Positions 31,169 to 40,620 of a DNA stretch of 64,000 nucleotides are shown one piece after another. Below the pieces are notes generated by a model. The model was not told the DNA's origin and ran no database searches. It worked only from the letters and a program-made list of their open reading frames with translations. The stretch is from Sedimentisphaerales bacterium (GTDB lineage: Bacteria; Planctomycetota; Phycisphaerae; Sedimentisphaerales; SM23-30): the NCBI GenBank assembly GCA_963666285.1, contig OY762711.1; one strand, 5' to 3'. Numbering within the stretch: the stretch's first letter is position 1; each line of letters starts with the position of its first letter. A program made the position numbers and the translations under genes.

Positions 31169-32467
31169 TTGCTTCCTTATATACTAAATATAGTTTATGC
31201 CCTGCTGCTGATCCTCTATTTACCCCTGATAATTTACAAGATGGTAAGCCAGGGACGATATCGCGAAGGCTGGGGGCAGAAGTTCGGTCTTGTCCCTAAA
31301 CGCGAGTCAAATAATAAGTGTATCTGGATACACGCAGTGAGTATGGGCGAGGTAAATGCCGCCAAAACGCTGGTGGACCAGATACGAGAAGATATGCCGG
31401 ATTGCGATATTGTAGTCAGCTCGACTACCGATACAGGGATCAATCGTGCCAGGAAGATATACGGTGAAACAGCACAAGTAATTTTCTATCCATTTGACTT
31501 TACCTTTGCGGTCAAGCGGTCACTGTCAAGTATTAGGCCTGATATTTGTATCCTGATGGAGTTGGAAGCGTGGCCGAATTTTACCAAGATATGCTATAAG
31601 CGAAATATCCCGGTTGTAGTTGCCAATGGACGGATAAGTTCGGGCAAAGGGTTCCCGCGATATAAAAAAATCGCCCCGCTTATAAGACCGATGTTCGGCA
31701 GGCTGGCAGCGGTAATGGTACAGGACGCCGAATATGCCGAGCGTTTTGAATACCTGGGCGTAAACAAGGGGAAAATCACAGTAGCCGGTTCGCTAAAATA
31801 TGACACAGCAGAAATTACCGACAAAGTAGCCGGAGCCGACGAGCTGGCAAAGCAGTTGAATTTATCGAGTGAGGCAAAACTCATCGTCGGCGGCAGTACC
31901 GGCACAGATGAAGAAAAGATCATTATAGATGCATTCAAAAGCGTTCATGCCAAATATGCTGATACACGGCTGGCACTTATCCCGCGTAAACCCGAACGGT
32001 TTGATGAAGTTGCCGGGCTAATCGAAAGTCAAGGGTTCAGCTGCCTGAGATACAGCAGGATCAAATCAGGAGAATACCAGACAACAGATAACGATAGCCA
32101 GTCGATAATTCTTGGTGATACCATGGGCGACCTGCGTAAGTTTTATTCTCTGGCAGCAGTCAACTTTGTAGGTCGGTCGCTGGTGCCTATGGGCGGCTCG
32201 GATATGATGGAAGCAGCGGCACTGGGCAAACCGGTAATCGTAGGACCTTATACCGAAAACTTTACCCAGACAATAGATGCCCTCAAGGCTAAAGACGGCA
32301 TAATAATCGCTGAGAGCGAAAAAGAGCTTGGCGAACAAATTACCAGGCTGCTTTCTGATAATAAGTATACAAACTCAGTTGCGGATAATGGCCGCCAGGT
32401 AATTATAGACAATAAAGGGGCAACTAAAAAAACTATTGCAGTTGTCCAACAGCTATTATCACAATAG
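31169..32467 (+). CDS. waaA: 3-deoxy-D-manno-octulosonic acid transferase
   Basis: WIHAVSMGE, GSLKYD, GST, PRKPERF, DTMGDL, FVGRSL; TTG start after GGAG. Confidence 0.93.
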   Translation: MLPYILNIVYALLLILYLPLIIYKMVSQGRYREGWGQKFGLVPKRESNNKCIWIHAVSMGEVNAAKTLVDQIREDMPDCDIVVSSTTDTGINRARKIYGETAQVIFYPFDFTFAVKRSLSSIRPDICILMELEAWPNFTKICYKRNIPVVVANGRISSGKGFPRYKKIAPLIRPMFGRLAAVMVQDAEYAERFEYLGVNKGKITVAGSLKYDTAEITDKVAGADELAKQLNLSSEAKLIVGGSTGTDEEKIIIDAFKSVHAKYADTRLALIPRKPERFDEVAGLIESQGFSCLRYSRIKSGEYQTTDNDSQSIILGDTMGDLRKFYSLAAVNFVGRSLVPMGGSDMMEAAALGKPVIVGPYTENFTQTIDALKAKDGIIIAESEKELGEQITRLLSDNKYTNSVADNGRQVIIDNKGATKKTIAVVQQLLSQ

Positions 32468-32507
32468 TAAACATTCACTCGACAAAAAGTATTTAAAGGA
32501 GCGTACT

Positions 32508-33275
32508 ATGACAATCAGCAAAACAAAAACAAGTGTCGGCTTATTACTTACAGCATTAGTTTTCATTACCGGATGTAATTCAGCATGTAACAAGCAAAGC
32601 CACCAGTGGCATCCTTTGTTCAAAGGAAATGCAGAAAATGGCAATTATCAGATGAAAGTTGTTAATTCAAACGATTACGATGGCAATTTTTCACTGGAGG
32701 ATATTTACGAGTTTGACGGAAAAGATATCCGGGTTCTGTACAACTGGCAGGCAGACAGTGCCCCTTATGCCGTGCTAGCCACTAAAAAGCAGTATTCTAA
32801 CTATGACCTAAAGTTCCAGTATAAATGGGGAACAAGAAAGTTCAAACCACGACTGGAAGCCAAACGCGATGCCGGTCTGCTGCTGCATATCCATGAGTAT
32901 CGACAAGACAGCTGGCCGAGGTGTATTGAATGCCAGGTCCAGGAAGGCGACACCTGTGATATATGGCTGATAGGTTCAAACGCAGTGTGCCTGACAGAAA
33001 GCGGCGAGCCGGTTAAGTTTGATAACCCGGACGCGCCATTTAAGAATGGTAGACGCTATAAATTGAACGAAAGCGAAGACTGGACCGAGGTACTGGTCGA
33101 AGTGCGAGGCGACTCAGCAAAATATTATGTCAACGGCATGCTGGTAAACCGATTCCAGAGCAGCAGCAAAATGGACGAATCCAACAGCAAACTGGACAGC
33201 GGATACATAGGCTTACAGGCTGAGAGTGCCGAAATCACATATCGAAATGTAATGATCCGCAAGACAAAGCCTTGA
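32508..33275 (+). CDS. DUF1080 (3-keto-disaccharide hydrolase-like) lipoprotein
   Basis: lipobox ITGC, YSNYDLKFQYKWG, RDAG, ECQVQEG, GYIGLQAE. Confidence 0.85.
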   Translation: MTISKTKTSVGLLLTALVFITGCNSACNKQSHQWHPLFKGNAENGNYQMKVVNSNDYDGNFSLEDIYEFDGKDIRVLYNWQADSAPYAVLATKKQYSNYDLKFQYKWGTRKFKPRLEAKRDAGLLLHIHEYRQDSWPRCIECQVQEGDTCDIWLIGSNAVCLTESGEPVKFDNPDAPFKNGRRYKLNESEDWTEVLVEVRGDSAKYYVNGMLVNRFQSSSKMDESNSKLDSGYIGLQAESAEITYRNVMIRKTKP

Positions 33276-33297
33276 CCGGACATTCTGACCGTCATTA

Positions 33298-33344
33298 CAA
33301 ATTGACATAATTTATAATCCTGAATATAATATTATGTCAATTTG
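33298..33344 (+). promoter_or_regulatory. consensus sigma70 promoter embedded in a perfect 14-bp inverted repeat
   Basis: TTGACA(33302-33307)-17-TATAAT(33325-33330); CAAATTGACATAAT / ATTATGTCAATTTG. Confidence 0.8.
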
Positions 33345-33415
33345 GCCGATGGTCTTTTTGAGAATCAATCAGGTATTTTACGCTCAAAGGCGAGAAAAAG
33401 CGATTTAAGGTTACT

Positions 33416-33913
33416 ATGAGTTTCAGGCCAATAATACAATCTCTAAAAAAAAATAGCCGAAAAGAACTGCCCTTGCCAATAATCGGCTGGCGAGAATGGG
33501 TAGGACTTCCTGATTTCGGCATAGACAAGATAAAGGTTAAAGTTGATACAGGAGCAAGGTCTTCATCGCTTCATGCATTTGACCTGGAATACTTTGACCG
33601 TAAAGGAGAAAAGTGGGTTAGATTTCAGGTCCACCCAGTCCAACGTAAACGAGATAAAATTGTTGAGGTTGAAGCCAAAATACTTGAATTCAGATCTGTT
33701 CGCAGTTCAAGCGGAGTTGCCTCTCATCGACCGGTAATTGTCACCAATGTTAACCTGCTGGGACAATGCTGGCCGGTTGAACTCACTTTGGCCAGTAGAG
33801 ATGAAATGGGTTTTCGCATGCTGCTCGGTCGTGAAGCAATTCGTCGCCGATTCCTGGTTAATCCTGGTAAATCATTTTACGGCGGGAGACCCCGTCGCAG
33901 ACAAAAGCTATAA
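33416..33913 (+). CDS. retropepsin-like protease (RimB / 'ATP-dependent zinc protease' family)
   Basis: IGWREW, KVDTGARSSSLH, RDEMGFRMLLGR; directly upstream of rimK. Confidence 0.9.
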   Translation: MSFRPIIQSLKKNSRKELPLPIIGWREWVGLPDFGIDKIKVKVDTGARSSSLHAFDLEYFDRKGEKWVRFQVHPVQRKRDKIVEVEAKILEFRSVRSSSGVASHRPVIVTNVNLLGQCWPVELTLASRDEMGFRMLLGREAIRRRFLVNPGKSFYGGRPRRRQKL

Positions 33914-33949
33914 CAATAGATAACAATAACTAAATAAATAAGGTAATCA

Positions 33950-35233
33950 ATGAAACTTGCGATCCTTTCCTGTGCACCAAAATGTTACAGCACACGTAGA
34001 TTACGTGAAGCTGCGTTGCAGCGCGGACACAATGTAAAAGTTCTCAACACGGTCAAATTTGCAATTGACCTTGAGCAAGGAAATCCGGATTTATATTTTC
34101 GGCAGAAGCATCTATCCCATTATGACGCGGCCCTACCACGAATTGGAGCGTCAATTACATATTTCGGTACAGCGGTGGTTCGGCAGTTTGAACAGATGGA
34201 CGTTTTTTGTGCAAACTCTTCAATGGGAATATCCAATTCCCGCGACAAACTGCGATGCCTACAGATTCTCAGCAAACATAGAATCGGGATCCCTCAAACT
34301 ACATTTGTACGCGACAGACGTGATGTACTGCCGGCTATTGAAAGAGTGGGCGGCGCACCGGTAATTATCAAATTACTTGAAGGAACACAGGGGCTAGGTG
34401 TTTTACTGGCAGAATCAGTTAAATCGGCAGAAGCAATAATAGAACTGCTGCAAAGCCAAAAACAGAATGTGTTAATCCAGAAATTTGTAGCAGAAAGCAA
34501 AGGACGCGATATCAGAGCCTTTGTTGTCGGTGACCAGGTTGTCGGTGCAATGCGACGTGTAGCCCAGGGTCATGAGTTTCGCAGCAATCTACATCGGGGT
34601 GGAATCTCAGAACCTGTTATCCTGGATGAACTTTATCGGGAAACCGCGATCAGAGCTGCTCAAATAATGGGCTTGAAAATTGCCGGTGTTGATCTGCTCG
34701 AAGGTAAAGACGGACCACAGATAATAGAGGTAAATTCATCTCCGGGATTAGAAGGGATTGAAGGCAGCACCCAGCTGGATATCGCAGGTTCGATAATCGA
34801 TTATATAGCCGCCCAGGTAAACTTCCCAGAAATTGATTTAAGACAAAGACTGACCGTAAGTCGCGGTTACGGGGTAGCAGAAATATACATACCCGAAGGC
34901 TCAATCTATGTGGGTAAAACAATCCAGGATTCAGGTTTACGTGATAGAGACATTTCCGTACTCACCCTGTACCGGCATACTACCGTAATACCAAACCCAT
35001 TCCACCATAGAGTACTGGAAGCCGGAGATCGGCTGCTTTGTTTTGGCAAACTGGAATTAATGCGTGATTTGATCCCGAAAAAAGCACATCGGAAACGTAT
35101 TCCAAAGGTTAAGGATTTGCCTGACCTGCCGGTTGCAGATGAAGTATATAAAGAGTCCGGCAAAGAAGATAGTGTTTTTATCTCTGTTGATAGTGAAGCC
35201 ACAACAAATGAAAAAGACTCCGCAACAAATTGA
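33950..35233 (+). CDS. rimK: RimK alpha-L-glutamate ligase with C-terminal TrkA-C (RCK-C) domain
   Basis: YSTRRL, PRIGAS, EGTQG, FRSNLHRGG, EVNSSPGLEGIE; extra S.YVGKTI..SGLR..GDRLL domain. Confidence 0.9.
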   Translation: MKLAILSCAPKCYSTRRLREAALQRGHNVKVLNTVKFAIDLEQGNPDLYFRQKHLSHYDAALPRIGASITYFGTAVVRQFEQMDVFCANSSMGISNSRDKLRCLQILSKHRIGIPQTTFVRDRRDVLPAIERVGGAPVIIKLLEGTQGLGVLLAESVKSAEAIIELLQSQKQNVLIQKFVAESKGRDIRAFVVGDQVVGAMRRVAQGHEFRSNLHRGGISEPVILDELYRETAIRAAQIMGLKIAGVDLLEGKDGPQIIEVNSSPGLEGIEGSTQLDIAGSIIDYIAAQVNFPEIDLRQRLTVSRGYGVAEIYIPEGSIYVGKTIQDSGLRDRDISVLTLYRHTTVIPNPFHHRVLEAGDRLLCFGKLELMRDLIPKKAHRKRIPKVKDLPDLPVADEVYKESGKEDSVFISVDSEATTNEKDSATN

Positions 35234-36293
35234 TAACGACCAATGGTTTGGTGCTACGATACTTCCCGGCGAATCGAAAGATGTCAATTTACCGGTTAGC
35301 GAAAGCTATAGTGGTATGACGGTTCAAATCCAGATACAGGTTCACCGGGCAATTGAAGATGGCCCGACTATTTTCATTGCAGCCGCTTTGCATGGCGATG
35401 AAATCAACGGAACCGGCATTATACGCCAACTGATAAAAGATGATGAATTCAATTTACGAAAAGGAACTGTAGTACTTGTACCAGTACTAAATTTACTTGC
35501 CTTTGACCGTCACTCTCGATATTTGCCAGATCGCCGAGACCTGAACAGATGTTTTCCAGGTTTAGAAAACGGCAGCCTTGCCAGCCGTATGGCCAATAGA
35601 ATATTCACTGAAATTGTTCACCGCTGCGATTACGGAATTGATCTGCATACCGCTTCAGTTCGGCGTACCAACTATCCTAACGTAAGAGGCAATATGTCAG
35701 ATCCGCAAGTACGGCAGCTTGCCAAATGTTTCGGCACTGAGCTTATACTAAACAGTAAAGGTCCCAAAGGATCATTTCGGCGAGAGGCCTGCCAGGCCGG
35801 ATGCCCAACAATAATTATGGAAGGCGGAGAAGTCTGGAAAGTTGAACCAGGAATTGTAAAAACCGGAGTTCGGGGCATAAAAAATGTGTTGCGTCATTTT
35901 GAAATGATTGAAGGCACAATAGAAAGTCCAGAGTTTCAAGTTGTTATCGAAACTTCCAGGTGGATTAGAGCTGAAAAAGGCGGATTTCTACAATTTCATG
36001 TGAAACCTGGCGATATGGTAGAAAAAGGTCAGCCGTTAGTTACAAATTCAACACTGCTCGGACATGATTTCAGCACACTTTACTCTCCGTTCAATGCCGT
36101 TGTGATCGGCATGACCAGTTTGCCGGCGATAAGTCCGGGTGAACCCATTTGCAACCTTGGCAAATTACCAAAGAATTATAAGCCGTTAGAACTTAATAAA
36201 TTACGTTCTGAAGAAGATGGGCTGGAACAAAGAGTATCCGAGGAGCTTTCTTCAAACATATTAGTTGTAGACCATTCCGATTTGAACCAATAA
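35208..36293 (+). CDS. M14 / succinylglutamate desuccinylase-aspartoacylase family peptidase
   Basis: HGDEING, DLNRCFPG, IDLHT, EGGE; C-terminal biotinyl-like domain. Confidence 0.9.
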   Translation: MKKTPQQIDNDQWFGATILPGESKDVNLPVSESYSGMTVQIQIQVHRAIEDGPTIFIAAALHGDEINGTGIIRQLIKDDEFNLRKGTVVLVPVLNLLAFDRHSRYLPDRRDLNRCFPGLENGSLASRMANRIFTEIVHRCDYGIDLHTASVRRTNYPNVRGNMSDPQVRQLAKCFGTELILNSKGPKGSFRREACQAGCPTIIMEGGEVWKVEPGIVKTGVRGIKNVLRHFEMIEGTIESPEFQVVIETSRWIRAEKGGFLQFHVKPGDMVEKGQPLVTNSTLLGHDFSTLYSPFNAVVIGMTSLPAISPGEPICNLGKLPKNYKPLELNKLRSEEDGLEQRVSEELSSNILVVDHSDLNQ

Positions 36294-36524
36294 CCCCCCT
36301 CACACCTGCAATACTTATACTCGCTGCCTATGTCGATTAGGTTGTAGTCTGAATCTATCAGAATTCCAGTACCATTTGCATAACGGGCATTGCCAATAAA
36401 AAACAAAGGTTCCCCTTCCGCCTTAAAAGACATCCGGAGAACCATTTCATACAATATCAAAAGCCTGTTGATCACCAACATTTCTGCTGATTAAATACTG
36501 TTTACTTTTTGTGCAAGATAAATT

Positions 36525-38435
36525 TCATTTTATATTGAGTGTGCTGTTAACTGCCATCCTTTCCTGTGCCGCTTCAATAATCATAAGAAGCAGCTCAGAG
36601 TATGATATACCTGCCAGGCCGGCCATGATATTCATTTTACCATCCCAGCACCAGCCAGGATTCGGGTTAACTTCCAGCAGTTTTATCTTGCCCTTACTGT
36701 CGGCACGAAAATCAAACCTGGCATAGTCCCGGCAACCGCAACGCTCAAACAGCAGGTTAACATAGTCATACAGTTTGGAAAGCTCATGATCTTTAAGTTG
36801 AGCTTTTTTATACTTGATTTTGTCCCAGTAAGGAGAGTCCGGCATCCACTTGGACTCATAGCCAAGAATATGCGGCAGACCGTCCGGTAAATTACTGAAA
36901 TCGAATTCCAGCGGCGGCAGAATTTTATAGCTCATGCCGGGGTTTCCGATTACTCCGACAGTATATTCCTTTCCACTGAGGTATTCTTCTATCAACAGCG
37001 GCCTACCGGGCAGAGTTTCACGCAGCTTGTCGATATATTCAACCAGCTCTTCAGAGTTGTAAACTACCGCATTTTGGGTAATACCGATACTGGAATCGCC
37101 AAAGTTAGGCTTTACCAGTGCCGGGAAAACTGATGGTATTGTTGCTGCATTGTCATCGGTACTGAAATATGTCTCCAGCGGTACAGGTATCTCGACCGAA
37201 TCTGCAATTGAGCGTATCAGGGATTTATTATAACAGAATCCCAGTGCTGCCGGACCGGCACCGGTATAAGGCACCTGGAAAGTTTCAAGCATAGCCGGAA
37301 CATGCAGTTCCATAAATGCATCATTATTATATCCTTCATCGCATAGATTAAAAACAAACTGCGGCGGATTACATCTTAGCTGGTTAATTAAAGCTGCATG
37401 GTTATCCATATATTCAAAAGAATAGTCAGACAGCTCTCCTAAGGCAGACTTCAGCTTATTGATCGTATCAAAATCCTCGGAATTAAACTGGCCGTTTAAT
37501 TTTACTGTATCCGGCAAAGACGGGTCACCGAGCAGAACCGTTACATCTTTAAAGAGCGGCCCTTTCTTTTTAGCTTTTTTGACCTTATGCGGAGCTGTTG
37601 CAGTCAGAAAAATACGGTGGGCCATCATACCAAGATCCTGATTGCGGTCCGACTCGGAAGAATGCTCGGAATGGATACGGATATTCATAAAGCCAACATC
37701 ACTTAAAAGCTTATAGATCCGCTCCCTGTCATATAGCCTTTCGGCATAGAACTGGTCGGCAATTACCCCTTTTTCAGAGTCAACAATGACTTCGCGTGAA
37801 ATAAGCCTGAAACCATCATCGGCAAGAGAACGTTCCCGGCAGACAAAATGGCCGGAATCGATCCACTCCCAGCTGCGACGTTCAAAATTACTGCTCATCC
37901 AGTCACCATCAACCAGGTCCATGGCAAGAATACCACCAGAATTCAATACCCTCTTGATCGACTCCAGAACGGCAACATCATCTTCTTCACGCTCAAAATA
38001 GCCAAAAGAATTACCCATAACAGAGACACATTGGAACGAGTTTTCGGCAAACCTGAATTTTCGAGCATCTCCTTCGTGAAAAGAAATATCCAGTTTCTCA
38101 CTTTTAGCTCGTTTCTTCGCCAGCCGGATAAGATATCTTGAACGGTCCAGACCGGAAACATTAGCATACCCCCTGCGTGCCAGTTCGATACTGTGCCTGC
38201 CCTGACCGCAGCATAAATCGAGAATAGAGTCTCCAGGCAAAATACCCGTAGAATTTATCAGCAGGTCCACATCATTCCGAGTATTCTGGTTGTTTTCGAC
38301 AACATCGCCATCCGTTTTAAGATATAAAGAATTAAACAGCTTTTGCCACCAGTCGGTCGGCAGGTGTCTCTCTAAATCAGAAATCGGACCAAGGGTTTTA
38401 ACTCCAGCAGCTTCACCATTACGTTTTTTTGCCAT
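36525..38435 (-). CDS. class I SAM methyltransferase fused to D-Ala-D-Ala-ligase-like ATP-grasp domain
   Basis: LDLCCGQGRH, GDAR, NSFGY; FNLCD, PYTG, KP..GDSSIGI, EEYLSG.E, RDYARFD, LEVNPNP. Confidence 0.88.
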   Translation of the reverse strand: MAKKRNGEAAGVKTLGPISDLERHLPTDWWQKLFNSLYLKTDGDVVENNQNTRNDVDLLINSTGILPGDSILDLCCGQGRHSIELARRGYANVSGLDRSRYLIRLAKKRAKSEKLDISFHEGDARKFRFAENSFQCVSVMGNSFGYFEREEDDVAVLESIKRVLNSGGILAMDLVDGDWMSSNFERRSWEWIDSGHFVCRERSLADDGFRLISREVIVDSEKGVIADQFYAERLYDRERIYKLLSDVGFMNIRIHSEHSSESDRNQDLGMMAHRIFLTATAPHKVKKAKKKGPLFKDVTVLLGDPSLPDTVKLNGQFNSEDFDTINKLKSALGELSDYSFEYMDNHAALINQLRCNPPQFVFNLCDEGYNNDAFMELHVPAMLETFQVPYTGAGPAALGFCYNKSLIRSIADSVEIPVPLETYFSTDDNAATIPSVFPALVKPNFGDSSIGITQNAVVYNSEELVEYIDKLRETLPGRPLLIEEYLSGKEYTVGVIGNPGMSYKILPPLEFDFSNLPDGLPHILGYESKWMPDSPYWDKIKYKKAQLKDHELSKLYDYVNLLFERCGCRDYARFDFRADSKGKIKLLEVNPNPGWCWDGKMNIMAGLAGISYSELLLMIIEAAQERMAVNSTLNIK

Positions 38436-38492
38436 CTTTTTGCCTTATAATAGTAGTTTATTTTATAAACAAATTTTTAGGGAAAATCTCTT

Positions 38493-38509
38493 TGCAAATC
38501 ACATGCCAA
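38493..38509 (-). promoter_or_regulatory. sigma54 (-24/-12) promoter
   Basis: minus strand TTGGCATGTGATTTGCA, exact GG-N10-GC, about 60 bp before the MTase-ligase start. Confidence 0.8.
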
Positions 38510-38646
38510 AAAAAACATCTTTTGCCATACTAAACTGTTATTCCGGCTATCAGTCTTTATATCAGGACTTTATTATATTTTCAGTGATGAAGAGTTATCT
38601 TTATAAATATCAAAGAACTAAATTTGAGTAGCAAATACATCAAAAA

Positions 38647-38662
38647 CGGAATTTAGATTCCG
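38647..38662. promoter_or_regulatory. putative enhancer (UAS) for the adjacent bEBP
   Basis: CGGAA-TTTAGA-TTCCG about 140 bp upstream of the -24 box; same motif as 40245-40283. Confidence 0.65.
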
Positions 38663-38674
38663 ATATCTTTCGTA

Positions 38675-40102
38675 TTATTTGTAATCATTTTTATTCAGTT
38701 TGTAATATTTCATCTTATTAAAAAGAGTACGCTGGTCAATACCTGCCTTTTGGGCTGTCTTGTCTATTCGACCTTCATTCAGCCTAAGCAAAGAAGCCAG
38801 ATATACCGGTTCAAACTGTTCGATCAATGCCTTATTAGCATCCTTGAGAGGTTTTTTAAGCCATTTATCAGGTATGGTAGCTTCGTCGAGGTTAATTTTT
38901 TTAGATATTGCCGGTGATTGCGGCAAAACCAGCATACCGGTCAACGAAGCCGGTAAATCCTCAGGAGTAATAATATCCGTTTCAGCCAGCAGCATAGCAC
39001 GCTCTATAATATTAATCAATTCCCTGACATTTCCAGGCCAGTTATAATCCACCAGCATATTCAAAGAGGCGTCATCTATGCCGGTAACATCACTGTTTAT
39101 TCTTGGGCCAAGATATCGAATATAGCTTTCTACCAGTTCAGGAATATCTTCTTTGCGGTCTCGCAGCGGAGGTATTGTTAGTGAGACTACATTCAACCGG
39201 TAAAATAAATCCTGACGAAACCTCTTTGCCTGCGCCTCTTTTTCCAGGTCGCGATTGGTCGCCGCCATAATCCTGACATCAATTGGAATCGGCTTTTCAC
39301 TACCAAGGCTTTTAATCTCTCTATTCTCCAGTACCCTCAATAATTTCACCTGCAAATGCAGCGGCATATCGCCAATTTCATCTAAAAATAATGTCCCCTG
39401 ATGTGCCATTTCAAAGCAGCCTCTTCGCGACCTGGCAGCACCTGTAAAAGCACCTAATTCATGACCAAAAAGTTCACTTTCCAACAGGTTTTCCGGCAAT
39501 GCCCCGCAATTTACGGCAATAAATGCTCCGTCTGAACGCGAGCTCTCTGAGTGTATCGCATGGGCCAGCCTTTCTTTACCAACGCCGGTTTCCCCCAGTA
39601 TCAAAACAGTAGAATTACTTTTGACAACCCTTCTTGCTATTCGCGTAAACTCTCTCATTGCAAGACTTTGTGAAACAAAATCTTCTAAGGAAGGGTCGGC
39701 CAGCTCTTTTCTCTTAGAAAAATTAGCCTCGGCAATCAGACGGCTTTTCTCTAAAAGAGAACTTACAATCAACTTCATTTTTCGTGGCGTAAAATTGCGA
39801 TATAATACGGCATCGAATCCGGAAGCTAATAGCATGGCATGAGTTTCATTGTCTTTACTGCTGGTAATGTTGACAAACACCGGTGCTGCTGTCTCATTTT
39901 TTATCTCCTGGATATCTTTCAGTATTCTGCGGGAAATCAGATCATGATCTATAAACATAGCATCACATGAATCACTCGAAAAATGGTCAGAGATATCTTC
40001 CGGTTCAACATCCGTAACTGTCGTCTCAAATTCTGCCAAAAGGTTCTTAATCTTCTTGCGTAATTTATCTTCCTGGATTGCCAGGGCAACTCTCTGCAGC
40101 AT
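38675..40102 (-). CDS. sigma54-dependent Fis-family activator (REC-like, AAA+, HTH)
   Basis: GETGVGKE, ESELFGH..GAFTGA, LFLDEIG, FRQDLFYRL, WPGNVREL, C-terminal HTH. Confidence 0.95.
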   Translation of the reverse strand: MLQRVALAIQEDKLRKKIKNLLAEFETTVTDVEPEDISDHFSSDSCDAMFIDHDLISRRILKDIQEIKNETAAPVFVNITSSKDNETHAMLLASGFDAVLYRNFTPRKMKLIVSSLLEKSRLIAEANFSKRKELADPSLEDFVSQSLAMREFTRIARRVVKSNSTVLILGETGVGKERLAHAIHSESSRSDGAFIAVNCGALPENLLESELFGHELGAFTGAARSRRGCFEMAHQGTLFLDEIGDMPLHLQVKLLRVLENREIKSLGSEKPIPIDVRIMAATNRDLEKEAQAKRFRQDLFYRLNVVSLTIPPLRDRKEDIPELVESYIRYLGPRINSDVTGIDDASLNMLVDYNWPGNVRELINIIERAMLLAETDIITPEDLPASLTGMLVLPQSPAISKKINLDEATIPDKWLKKPLKDANKALIEQFEPVYLASLLRLNEGRIDKTAQKAGIDQRTLFNKMKYYKLNKNDYK

Positions 40103-40240
40103 ACCTTAAACCTCATAAATATTATTGTTATCCTACATCTAAACATAAAAAATGCCTATTGCTCGCCAAACATGGATAAATGAAACTCGTATCCAGGTAA
40201 AACACGAACGAGCTAAATATAGCTAACACAATACCACCCT

Positions 40241-40283
40241 ATATCGGAATTATAATTCCGATATTTTCGGAAGTCAATTACCG
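40241..40283. promoter_or_regulatory. tandem putative enhancer sites
   Basis: perfect 24-bp palindrome ATATCGGAATTATAATTCCGATAT plus CGGAA-GTCAAT-TACCG 23 bp later. Confidence 0.7.
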
Positions 40284-40380
40284 ATTATTTTTTTTTATTC
40301 GTCACCCTCCAAATACTTCCACCGCTAATAAACACTTATAATATAAACACTTAAAAAAACAATTTATCAACTCAACGGTT

Positions 40381-40397
40381 TTGGCACAGCAATTGTA
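40381..40397 (+). promoter_or_regulatory. sigma54 (-24/-12) promoter
   Basis: TTGGCACAGCAATTGTA: canonical -24 box, correct spacing, -12 variant GT. Confidence 0.65.
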
Positions 40398-40448
40398 TTT
40401 TGAAAAATCCGAAAATTATCAAAGAATAGAAATCGCAGGTATAACAAT

Positions 40449-40556
40449 ATGCAAAAGAAAAGTGTTAAAACCAAAACAAAAAGTCAGGTAAAGACAAACC
40501 AGAGGAAAACCAATCCAAAAGAAAATTGTTTTAGACCTGAAAGACCAAAACGGTAA
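40449..40556 (+). CDS. putative 35-aa basic peptide (MQKKSVKTKTKSQVKTNQRKTNPKENCFRPERPKR)
   Basis: ATG preceded by GCAGGT, first ORF after the sigma54 promoter; absent from the ORF track (short). Confidence 0.4.
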   Translation: MQKKSVKTKTKSQVKTNQRKTNPKENCFRPERPKR

Positions 40557-40620
40557 TAAAAAAACATAATAATCGTGTCACTTTTTATTTTATTACTCTA
40601 ATTTACGAAAGGTTATTTAA

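Noticed and set aside
36176..36481. 101-aa minus ORF after the MTase-ligase
   Set aside because: Overlaps the peptidase 3' end, weak start, no motif; at most a remnant
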